Numbered from the stretch's first letter, positions 21,856 through 30,460 are shown. The stretch: DNA of 64,000 bases from an uncultured delta proteobacterium (GCA_963814585.1 CAWFDF010000011.1:1-64000); one strand, 5' to 3'. The notes: generated by a model from the letters alone, not told the origin. A program made the numbers and translations.

Positions 21856-22511
21856 TCATCTATGGTTAGAGGCATCATAGTTCTTTATAATTGCTTGATC
21901 GTCTGATTCGTAGTCGGCAAATTGTCCTAAAATGTAAGTATTAAATCCATTGTTTGTCAGATGATGAATTTGGATTTTTCCGCCAATGTATACCCTCTCA
22001 TTTTTAGGGAGAGTATTCTGTATTGCCCTTTGCTCGTCCATCATTTTAATAATATCCTTAGGAAATTCAAACCCTTCAGGAATTTGGCACACTGGCTTAA
22101 CCCCCACACCATATTGTAGAGATTCTGATTTGAAGCTCTTTGTGGACCTGTAAGCGTATGAATGAATTGTTCCGTCTTCTTCGGAAAAACCAAAATGGTA
22201 GACTGTGGTCGTGATATTCTCCTCAATTGAGAATTCTTTTTTGTAATCACTCCATATATTATTAAGAATACTGGGAGTATGATAATTTAAGTTGTCTATA
22301 CCTCGAACAATCATCTTATCGGTTAATTGCGATAAACCATCTACCGAGAACCCCGCCCATTCCAGTGCCACAAATAAGCATTCGTAGGTGAGGAACGATA
22401 AAATGTCGGCTTTGTCAGTGAACATAAACGGTTCACCATTTGTTGTTGTCGCAAGTGTATCTGTCGCGACAAATACCTGATCTTTATTGGTATAAAAATT
22501 AGTGATGACAT
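21856..22511 (-). CDS. Proteasome-beta-like Ntn-hydrolase candidate (true start 22511; frameshifts near 22495, 22405 and 22322)
   Basis: Reconstructed N-terminus MSSLIFYTNKDQVFVATDTLATTTNGEPFMFTDKA..IVPHLRMLICGTG gives Ser1/Asp17/Lys33 after Met removal; C-terminal YIGGKIQIHHLTNNG. Confidence 0.55.
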
Positions 22512-22664
22512 AATTTTCTATGAATACCTTTTGGGGTGAAATGCGATAACAATTGTTCGTAAGAAGATAGCCAACTGGATGAGGGGGGCATCCAAATGGC
22601 TATGTGATTAGTATACTATTGACGGTTCTTTTTCGACAAGAATTATAAAAGATAAGTTCTACAT

Positions 22665-23086
22665 TCAGATTATGTGTTTATAATCTACTAAAAACTCTTG
22701 TGGAAGTAGCACTTTGATCGCGGAATTGCCCATAAAAGCGAAGTGTTTCAAATTTCCAGTAATAAGAACCTCAGCATGGCTGCAAATTGCGATCTCTGCA
22801 AATGGTAAATCCCCTGGGTCGTTTATAAGATCTTGTTGGAATTCCACCGGTTGACTTTGAACCCACAAGGCTGAATAAGCAATAAACCTGAGAGTCGCAT
22901 CAGATTCGAGTCGGAAAAGAACATTAACCGCGGCCGATGAAGCACTTGAGTATATTCCTCAAAAATTCGTTCATCGAGCGCTAATCGGATTTTGCTGTCT
23001 AAAACGGCATTCAGGATGATGGCCGGATTGCTATTGCGCTTAAGCAGTGAAGAAACGAGTACGTTTGTATCGAGAACGATCAGCAT
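22665..23086 (-). CDS. PIN-domain toxin (putative type II TA); apparent frameshift near 22900
   Basis: IVLDTNVLVS, EEY..VL.RP, DPGDLPF and LITGNLKHF motifs. Confidence 0.85.
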
Positions 23087-23087
23087 A

Positions 23088-23506
23088 TTAAGATTGTTTC
23101 CTCGTTTCCCGAATTTCTGCTTCGATGTCTTCCTCCGTCAATTCAACAGAAGAAACCGAATCCTCGGCAGAGCGAATTGCTTCAACCGCAGCTTGTGCCT
23201 TCAACTGTAGCGATTGAAAAAGCATAATCCGTTCTTCGGGAAGCAAGTTAAATTCCTGGTCAGAACATCGGCACTCACGTTTTGAGAACGAGCAATCACA
23301 TCCACAATTTGAATTCCCCTGGCTTGCAAAGATTTGCCTAGTGTAGTTAATAGATCGTCGGCTGCCAGATCTAGTGTTTTAATCACCACACCATTTTCTG
23401 TACTGACAAAGGTAACCAAATCACCTTTTTTCAAATCAGCTGTCGGCGAATCGTTCAGGGGTATGGTTACCTGACCCTTTTCTTGAACTCGAACTGTGCT
23501 AATCAT
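23088..23506 (-). CDS. AbrB/MazE/SpoVT-family antitoxin (frameshifted)
   Basis: VRVQEKGQVTIP...LKKGDLVTF; C-terminal LTEEDIEAEIRETRKQS; stop lies 1 nt before the PIN start; GGAGGT RBS. Confidence 0.8.
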
Positions 23507-23520
23507 TTGAACCTCCAAAA

Positions 23521-23548
23521 GTCATACCGTCATACTTTTATTATAACA
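23521..23548 (-). promoter_or_regulatory. Extended -10 promoter and direct-repeat operator of the TA operon
   Basis: TGtTATAAT at 23548-23540 (minus); GTCATAC twice at 23521 and 23529. Confidence 0.5.
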
Positions 23549-23582
23549 CTGTTTTTGAGTGGATTAAATTTGTTGTTCATGC

Positions 23583-24044
23583 TTATTTGCCTGCGACTAG
23601 TACCGGCCTCATATTACAAGCAGGATGATGTTTAGCCAGCATGGTCCAAGATAATCTCTCAATTACATTCCACCAGATTCCCGGTATCTCATGCCATTTT
23701 GCGCCGGCAACATTCTTTGGGATATCCGGATCCGGGGCAGTCACATGAGCAAGAAAACCTTTTGGATTCACGGCCACATCAACATAGACCACTGAATAGA
23801 TTGGGCCAATTAAACCTAAGGACAAGAACATACCCCATCCACATCGAGAAGGCTGAATAGTTTTGGCTGCATCAATCCGATCAGCCATGAATTCCCAGTA
23901 GGTCAAACCCTGTGGGGCCCCGCTAACCTGCATCGGTTGATTGCCCTTGTACGCAACAAAGAGAAATGAAGCGATCAGGGTTATGGTCACCAGGGTGCCA
24001 ATCGTTTTACCGATAAGTCCAAAGAACATGCTTATCAATTTCAT
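23583..24044 (-). CDS. Hypothetical membrane protein
   Basis: ATG 24044 after AGGAG; two hydrophobic segments; 153 aa. Confidence 0.65.
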   Translation of the reverse strand: MKLISMFFGLIGKTIGTLVTITLIASFLFVAYKGNQPMQVSGAPQGLTYWEFMADRIDAAKTIQPSRCGWGMFLSLGLIGPIYSVVYVDVAVNPKGFLAHVTAPDPDIPKNVAGAKWHEIPGIWWNVIERLSWTMLAKHHPACNMRPVLVAGK

Positions 24045-24051
24045 TTTTCTC

Positions 24052-24273
24052 CTATTCTGTGCGGTCGATTTTGTATTGATCTTGAGGATCAATATTTTCG
24101 CGAACGGCTCGATTAAATCGAATTTCTTCTCGGTACATTCGATCCAGAGCGACTTCGAGTACATCGCTCTCGCTTCTTCCCATATATAGCGCCATCTCTT
24201 TTAATTGGCCTATGCCTGCTACGCTTAAACGGAATGATTTAACTGGTTTTCCTGGAGAATTTGTTCTTGGCAT
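24052..24273 (-). CDS. Ribbon-helix-helix (CopG-like) regulator
   Basis: KSFRLS..GIGQLKEMALYMGRSESDVLEVALDRMY; AAGGAGG RBS; divergent from the putative transfer operon. Confidence 0.72.
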   Translation of the reverse strand: MPRTNSPGKPVKSFRLSVAGIGQLKEMALYMGRSESDVLEVALDRMYREEIRFNRAVRENIDPQDQYKIDRTE

Positions 24274-24444
24274 TTTTGCCTCCTTATAGCGTATAGTAAT
24301 ACTAGAGTATACATAAGTCAATAGGCAATTTCTATTTTAAGCCAGAAGTAACCTTGGAAATCTAAATTAAATTGCTTTGACATTTTGATAATCAATCCAT
24401 ACCGCAGGTTCTAATCTAATATTCGGATTATTATAAACTGCAAC

Positions 24445-24477
24445 TTGGCAAAACGTAAACACAATGCTATAATAGCA
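24445..24477 (+). promoter_or_regulatory. Near-consensus sigma70 promoter of the putative transfer operon with a palindrome over the -10 box
   Basis: TTGGCA (24445)-N17-TATAAT (24468) with TG extension; TGCTAT-A-ATAGCA palindrome 24465-24477. Confidence 0.7.
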
Positions 24478-24541
24478 CTATTATTACCGTGATGTAATTA
24501 CCTGGTCGCAACCATCGGCAGCTAATTTCTTTTTGATCCCT

Positions 24542-24600
24542 AAAGCGACCACTTGTGAGACTTGTTTTTTGTAGTCTTGCAGGTGGTCGCTTTTATTTTG
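24542..24600 (+). terminator. Intrinsic terminator inside the 5' leader (attenuator candidate)
   Basis: 21-bp stem 24542-24562 / 24573-24593 whose three non-Watson-Crick positions are all G-U on the + strand; followed by a U-rich tract; lies between the promoter and the GGAGGTG RBS. Confidence 0.75.
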
Positions 24601-24628
24601 TTAATTTCAACCCTTACGGAGGTGTATC

Positions 24629-25172
24629 TTGCGTGATGTCCATCTATCTCGAAAAAACCTGGTTATGCTGGCCAGCATCGTTCTGGTGGTTGTACTTGGA
24701 ATCCTGACGGTCAACTTTCTGGGAACCAATGGTTCCACAGCAACACCGACCCCTTCACCTGATGATACGAAGGCTTCGGATGCAGTCATTGCCGGTGTGG
24801 AGGCGTTCTACAACATCAATTATCAGGAAGGGAAGGATACCATGGCTTAATCGCTTCTGCGCAGTCAGTAGCAACAGTGGGTGCCAATTCCTGAAAACCG
24901 GTTCTACCGCCTTGTGGAAACGATTTGAAGACATGCAGACCATTACCCAGGGCAAAGCAATGCCTCAGGAGAAAGTGCGTTCGACTGCAGATGAACAGGT
25001 TTGGCGAGTCTCGATCACATTAACCCAGCCACTGCCAGGCAGTGAAAAAACCAGCGATGAAGCGTATGCCCTGGTCGTGCGAGAGAAGGATGTTTGGAAG
25101 TTCGATCGTTTCCTGATGGATAAAGAAATCAAGGGTCTAAAAAGTGGAACGAAACAGGGACAAACAAAATGA
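24629..25172 (+). CDS. Membrane-anchored exported protein, possibly NTF2-like (VirB8/TcpC-like); frameshift near 24843
   Basis: TTG start after GGAGGTG; single TM, PTPSP linker, then helices followed by strands ending ALVVREKDVWKFDRF. Confidence 0.45.
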
Positions 25173-26443
25173 GTAAGACCCCAAGGTCATTTTTTTCTTT
25201 TTTACTCGTTGTAATACTTCTCTCCGCCATCACCCCCAACGTGGCTATGGCCCAAGGCCAGGATCCCTGGGGAGAAGTGTTTGACTCCAACGGCAACCTG
25301 GTTCCCGGGATGATCGACCTGGGTGTGACGACGGAAAACCCATCCTGGATGAATGTCGAACTGCCCTTCAATCAATCCTTGAGCCTGGAAGCCAACTACC
25401 ACCGGTTTCAAACGGAAAGCGGCAATATCGTCGTTTTGCCTTCGGCATCGACTTTATTCTTCATGGCGATGAATCCACAGGAAAGCGGTCTTGCCAATTC
25501 GGTGGGAATGGTCGGAAATGGATATGGCGGCATTATTACTTTCCTGGGGGCAGTTGCCGGCGACAGCATTGATTGGAAGCGTCTGCAACAATCCCATCCG
25601 GAATATCAGCAACCGGCGGATTTTTGGAACGCGGTCATCAATGGACAGGAAAATGTGTGGACCTGGTTTTCCGGTTTTGGTTTTATCACCAACTTACTCT
25701 CGATGTCCTGGAATGATGCCGCTCTTCGTTCTGCTTACTTGATGTACCTGAATGGCGCGAAAGATTGTGCGTCGATCCCCGGAGGCTGTTCCGGTGTGGC
25801 TACCCCACCGCCTCCGCCCAGACTATGCCCGGATACTTCAATCACCGTTCAACAGCCGACAGCAACCATTCAGAAGATTGCTCCCAATAATCCATTGGTG
25901 GTCGGGCAGGATACCCAGGATCGTCGCGGCGCGGATGTGCAGGTTTCCATTACGGTCCCGCCGGTGATCTTTACCTGGTATGAACCGATTTACGAAGAAC
26001 AGGAAGTTTGTACGACACCGTTAAACGGTGGAACACCTACCTGTACGACCGAATCGGTCTTTAAGGAATGCAGACAGCATGTCGAGCACCTGCCGGATGC
26101 GGTGGCTTCTGTTCAGGCGACGGCATCTCTCAGTGGTGACAGCAAAGCCTGGATACAGAGCAAATTGGGGCAAACCCATTATGGCGCTTATATTCATCAG
26201 GAAAGCTTTACCCTGATCCCCGGTTACGGAAATTGGTCGGGTGGATGTGATGGCGGTGGAACCTGCCGGGCGACTGGCACTGCTTTGCGAGTTCCCTTTG
26301 CGGATCCCGGCACCTTTGAACTGCGCATGCGTGGTATGACAAGAGGAACCAGCTTTATGGGGATGCCGATCACCCAGCCGCGCACCCTCAGTGCGGATGG
26401 AACATTACAGGTGTATGTCACCCTGCCGGCTCTGGTGCCTTAA
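25169..26443 (+). CDS. Secreted Cys-containing protein of unknown function
   Basis: Signal peptide (..NVAMA-Q); poly-Pro linker; paired Cys; beta-rich C-terminal half. Confidence 0.7.
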   Translation: MSKTPRSFFSFLLVVILLSAITPNVAMAQGQDPWGEVFDSNGNLVPGMIDLGVTTENPSWMNVELPFNQSLSLEANYHRFQTESGNIVVLPSASTLFFMAMNPQESGLANSVGMVGNGYGGIITFLGAVAGDSIDWKRLQQSHPEYQQPADFWNAVINGQENVWTWFSGFGFITNLLSMSWNDAALRSAYLMYLNGAKDCASIPGGCSGVATPPPPPRLCPDTSITVQQPTATIQKIAPNNPLVVGQDTQDRRGADVQVSITVPPVIFTWYEPIYEEQEVCTTPLNGGTPTCTTESVFKECRQHVEHLPDAVASVQATASLSGDSKAWIQSKLGQTHYGAYIHQESFTLIPGYGNWSGGCDGGGTCRATGTALRVPFADPGTFELRMRGMTRGTSFMGMPITQPRTLSADGTLQVYVTLPALVP

Positions 26444-26560
26444 ATGATCCACTTGATTCTCAGTATCCTTGCCGCTGCTGGTCTGCTCTTGCTCTTGGGA
26501 ATTCTGGGCTTTGGTGCGCTCCTCATCCTGTGTACATCCGGTGAACCGGATGAAGAATAA
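26444..26560 (+). CDS. 38-aa hydrophobic peptide (below the ORF-track cutoff)
   Basis: ATG immediately after the upstream TAA; MIHLILSILAAAGLLLLLGILGFGALLILCTSGEPDEE; fills the gap exactly. Confidence 0.5.
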   Translation: MIHLILSILAAAGLLLLLGILGFGALLILCTSGEPDEE

Positions 26561-26572
26561 ATTACGAATGTT

Positions 26573-27256
26573 ATGAACGATATTTTTGTCCTCTTTGGCG
26601 ATTTCATGGCAGCTCTGCCGACCTATCTGCTCAATGGTCTGTTGGTCAGCGTGTACGGGTTGATTGACATTGCGCCGGCGCTATTGAGCATCGGATGCGC
26701 GGCTCTGATCGCCTTTCTGATCGACCAAAATATCCAAAATCGCGCCATGTTTCGACCCGGGCGTGGGGGTAGGGAGATCGCCTCTCCCGACCCTCACACC
26801 GCCCAGGTGATGACCATTACCGTATTGGTGATTTGGGTTTTATGCCAATGGGGAATGGGCGCTCCGGTGCCCTGGATTGGGGCGGCGATGTGGCTTTTTG
26901 GGGCAATCGCTTTGCTGGTCGTTCACACCCAGGAACCGACCATCCTCTGGAATGTGAAATCCGGGATCGCGATTTATGCTCTGGCCGTGATTGGCAGCCG
27001 CCTTTACCTGGCCTATACAGCCCAACTATCGGCAGAACAATGGGCAGCCTTGATCGGTTCGGCGGAGAGTGCAGCCTCGGTTATTTCCAATACGCGCGGC
27101 AATGTCACCACGATCATCCTTTGGGCTTTATGGCTGGTTATTCCTCTTGGTTATTTTGCGATGCTGCTTCAGCAGATTTTTCTCAACCCGATGTCTCTTG
27201 TCAACCCGATGGCGAGTATGCAAGAACTCTTACAGCGGTATCGGGTACGGCGATAG
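26573..27256 (+). CDS. Polytopic membrane protein (putative transfer-apparatus component)
   Basis: 227 aa with about six hydrophobic segments. Confidence 0.7.
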   Translation: MNDIFVLFGDFMAALPTYLLNGLLVSVYGLIDIAPALLSIGCAALIAFLIDQNIQNRAMFRPGRGGREIASPDPHTAQVMTITVLVIWVLCQWGMGAPVPWIGAAMWLFGAIALLVVHTQEPTILWNVKSGIAIYALAVIGSRLYLAYTAQLSAEQWAALIGSAESAASVISNTRGNVTTIILWALWLVIPLGYFAMLLQQIFLNPMSLVNPMASMQELLQRYRVRR

Positions 27257-27390
27257 GGCAGTAAATGGAAACGATTCGACTGGATACAGTGGTCTCGTTG
27301 GATTTACTACTCTATTCCATTGTGGATGAGTGGCTAATTATTTCTCAACGTAGGCTGGTCAATCTTATCTTGAACGTCAGGAGGTCAATT

Positions 27391-27681
27391 ATGAAGGAAA
27401 TTGTGGAAGGGTTACGTGGTCCGGCTTTGGGTGTGGTCTTTGTGATCATTGCTCTGGCCGGAACCATCGTCGTTGCTGCTTTTGCGGCTCTGGTAGCTCA
27501 GATGAGTTTGCTGCTGCGGTTGCGGCCCCGGGAAACCAATCCCAACACGCAAACGAACAACGGTTATCGGGTTGCCGAATCTCGCCAATCCTCACCTTCT
27601 ACGCTTTATCGCTCTCCCAAGGATTCGGTTTCCGAGCAGACAAGCGCAGATGTGATCGACGGAATTTGGTGGCAGGTGTAG
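27391..27681 (+). CDS. Small membrane protein
   Basis: AGGAGG RBS before ATG 27391; long hydrophobic stretch followed by a polar tail. Confidence 0.6.
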   Translation: MKEIVEGLRGPALGVVFVIIALAGTIVVAAFAALVAQMSLLLRLRPRETNPNTQTNNGYRVAESRQSSPSTLYRSPKDSVSEQTSADVIDGIWWQV

Positions 27682-27788
27682 TAAAACGATACGTTCATCC
27701 TGAACACAGGGCATCTCTTGCGCACGCAAGGGGTGTCTCGCGAGCTCACCAGGCCTGTCTGGCGATCTGACGAGACATCTGGAGATAT

Positions 27789-29160
27789 ATGGCAAATATT
27801 CTGAACAATATCTCTCACAAAATTCCATGGATCCGGTCATCCCAACCGCTGACCATTCCGGATGATTTACGCATCCAGCAGGCCGGGATTCAATTCGATC
27901 CAGACCGGCATGAGCTGGACTACATCTGGCTCAATATGGTCGAACAGGAAGCCGGGCAAATCTACAGTGGTTATCGGGTGATTCGCCTTTTGCAATTCAA
28001 GTACATTCCGATGGATGTTCGACGTGATGCCGGGTTGTTGCAGAAGATGCGCACGGCGCTGCGCGGTGTTTATGGCGCCGGGGTCAACCTGGTCTACCTG
28101 GCAGCCGGCATCTTTGACCCGGCGATTGGGATTGTGCAGTGTTATGGGGTGACTTCCTTTGCTGAGACACGTGATTTGGCTGCAGAGCGTTCACGACGTG
28201 ACCTGGCAGTGCTGAAATCGACCCTGGCCGGAGCATACCGCCAGACCCGCCTGGAACCCTTGACGGTTGAGATCGCGGAATGGATTGTCAAGGCGTTCCA
28301 GACCATGTCATTCCCGATCGTTACCGTCGGGCATCCGGACCCTCGTGAAAATGCCCGTGGAGGGGATGCAAAACTGAATGATCCCCTGGCCGGATCCACT
28401 CAAATGCAGCAATTCTCCCTCCAGCAGAACGAACTGCTCTTTCGCGGGATGAGCAGCCTGCGGGAAGAATTTCTGCTCATGCTATTGGCCAATCATGTCC
28501 GCCTGGAAGATATCGCCACGATGCTGGCAGCCCAGGCGGAAAATACATCGGTCTATGCTTCTCGCCAGATGGGCGTGCGAGCCGCATCGTTTGGCGTTAG
28601 CCTACCTGCGATCCTGACCGGCGGCTTGTCCGAGAATGCCTCCAATTCGTATGGCACCAATCATTCGACCGGTCTGGCCGAAGGTCAGGGATCTACCGAT
28701 GGCGTAGCTGACACAACCGGCCAGGCACATACGACTGGGCATGCCAGCACGCGCGGCTGGTCGCATACAGTCGGCGTAGCAGAGACAATGGTACCGGACA
28801 GGCCAATACCGTTGGGTTCGCGGAAACGAATGGGGTTGCCCAGACGCATGGCGTAACCGTAACCGATGGCACTTCCCATACCGACTCGTCCAGTTCGGGC
28901 ACGACCCATTCAGATAGTTCCGGTTACGGCGTCAATGGTGGGCTTGGCGGCAGTATTGCGCCGGCAGGCGTAGGGCTCAGCGGAAACGTGGGTGGAAATG
29001 CCAATTGGGGCAGTTCAGATGGCGTTACCAGTAGCGCCGGATCGGCGGATACGACGTCGCATTCCGTGTCGGTCAGCGACTGCAACCAGCACAAGTCATG
29101 CGACTACAAATAGTCAGGCGCAAACCAATTCCGCCAGCCATTCGATCACTCAGTCGGAAC
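27789..29160 (+). CDS. Large protein with a Ser/Thr/Gly-rich periodic region (3'-truncated; frameshifts near 28787 and 29070)
   Basis: Globular N-terminal ~280 aa, then hexad repeats ([30 protein letters not shown] ... [24 protein letters not shown]). Confidence 0.65.
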
Positions 29161-29835
29161 TGGCGCCGGTGAAGGCCCCCTTCTCGTACCCGAACAGCTC
29201 CGACTCGAGCAGGCTCTCGGGGATGGCGCCGCAGTTGACGGCCACGAACGGCCCACGGGCGCGCGCCGAGCGATCGTGGATGAGCCGGGCCGCCAGCTCC
29301 TTGCCGGTGCCGCTCTCGCCGATCAGCAGCACGCTGGCGTTGCTGGGCGCCACCTGCCGCAGCGTCTCCAGCATGGCGCGGAAGGACGGGGCGGCGCCGA
29401 GCAGGCCGCCGTCGCCGCCCGGCTCCAGGGCGGCCAGCCGCGCCCGCAGCGCGCGGTTCTCGGCCACCAGCGACGCCTTCTCCAGCGCCTGGCGCACGCT
29501 CTTCACCACCGCCTGCCGCTTGAGCGGCTTGGTGATGAGCTTCAGGCGCCCTCCTTCATGGCGGCCACCGCCGACTCGACGGTGCCGAAGGCGGTCATCA
29601 GCACCACCTCGATCTCCGGCGAGACGGCCTTCAGGGCGCGCAGCAGCGACTCGCCGCTCATGCCCGGCATCATCAGGTCGGTGACCACCACCGAGGGGTG
29701 CTCGCGCCGGGCCACCTCGAGCGCCTCGGCGCCGGAGCTGGCCTGCGCGACGCGCCAGCCCTCGCGCTCGAAGATCTTCCCGAGCGACTCGAGGTTGGGG
29801 CGCTCGTCGTCGACGATCAGGACGAGAGGCGACAC
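29161..29835 (-). CDS. Sigma54-dependent NtrC-family response regulator (3'-truncated at junction; frameshift near 29545)
   Basis: [15 protein letters not shown] and LMTAFG receiver motifs; [24 protein letters not shown]. Confidence 0.92.
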
Positions 29836-29858
29836 GCGAGCAGCATACACCTCGTGGT

Positions 29859-30041
29859 CTAGGGAGCCCGGGCCGGGCCGGCGGGCGTGGCCGCCGGGGA
29901 GGCTGGCCGCCGAAGGCCTGCCGGAGCTCGGGGCCGAAGACCGCCAGCGCGCCGCCGGCGGCCAACGCCAGGAAGGCGACCAGCAGCAGCAGCTCCGCCA
30001 GCCCCTGGCGGGAGGGCGGGGCCGGATTCCTGGTTGCTCAT
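29859..30041 (-). CDS. Small Flp-pilin-like membrane peptide (frameshifted)
   Basis: Alternative frame reads [34 protein letters not shown], resembling GQGxxEY-hydrophobic-FG Flp pilins. Confidence 0.35.
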   Translation of the reverse strand: MSNQESGPALPPGAGGAAAAGRLPGVGRRRRAGGLRPRAPAGLRRPASPAATPAGPARAP

Positions 30042-30065
30042 GACCAACCGTGAACCGCGGCCTGG

Positions 30066-30460
30066 CTACTCGGCCGTCGGCGCGTCGGCGGCCGGGGCCT
30101 CGGCGCCCTCGGCGGCGGCCTCGACCTTCTTCGGCTTGCCGGCGGTCGCCTTGGCGCGCTTGGCGGCGCGGTTCTCGGAGGCGGTCGCCGCCTTCTTGGC
30201 GGGCGCCGCGGCCGGGCGCGGCCTTCTTGGGATCCGGGGCCGCGCGTCAGGGTCGCCGACGAGGCGTTGCCGTAGCGGGTCTTGAACTTCTCGATGCGGC
30301 CGGCGGTGTCCATGATCTTCTGCTTGCCCGTGAAGAACGGGTGGCAGGTGGAGCAGATCTCGACGTGGAAGTCGCCGCGGACGGAGCGGGTCTCGATGAG
30401 GTTGCCGCAGGCGCAGAGGATCTTGGCCGGCTTGTAGTCGGGGTGGATGCCTTCCTTCAT
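30066..30460 (-). CDS. rpmE: 50S ribosomal protein L31 (zinc-binding type) with Ala/Lys-rich tail; frameshift near 30240
   Basis: MKEGIHPDY...CACG...[26 protein letters not shown]. Confidence 0.95.

Larger units (their letters stand above)
12671..29160. mobile_element. Fragment of a plasmid/ICE-like element (partition, replication, mobilisation, defence cargo, putative transfer operon); tentatively Chloroflexota-like
   Basis: Mid-GC block with ParA, candidate initiator with iterons, SSB, MOB_C-like nuclease, TA and RloAB cargo and a co-oriented membrane/secreted-protein operon; no housekeeping genes; both ends truncated, so no att sites or integrase are visible. Confidence 0.75.

Noticed and set aside
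12671..29160. Mid-GC element inserted into mycobacterial aftD
   Set aside because: The rest of aftD does not resume after 29160; the right flank is a different organism, and there are no att sites or target duplications.
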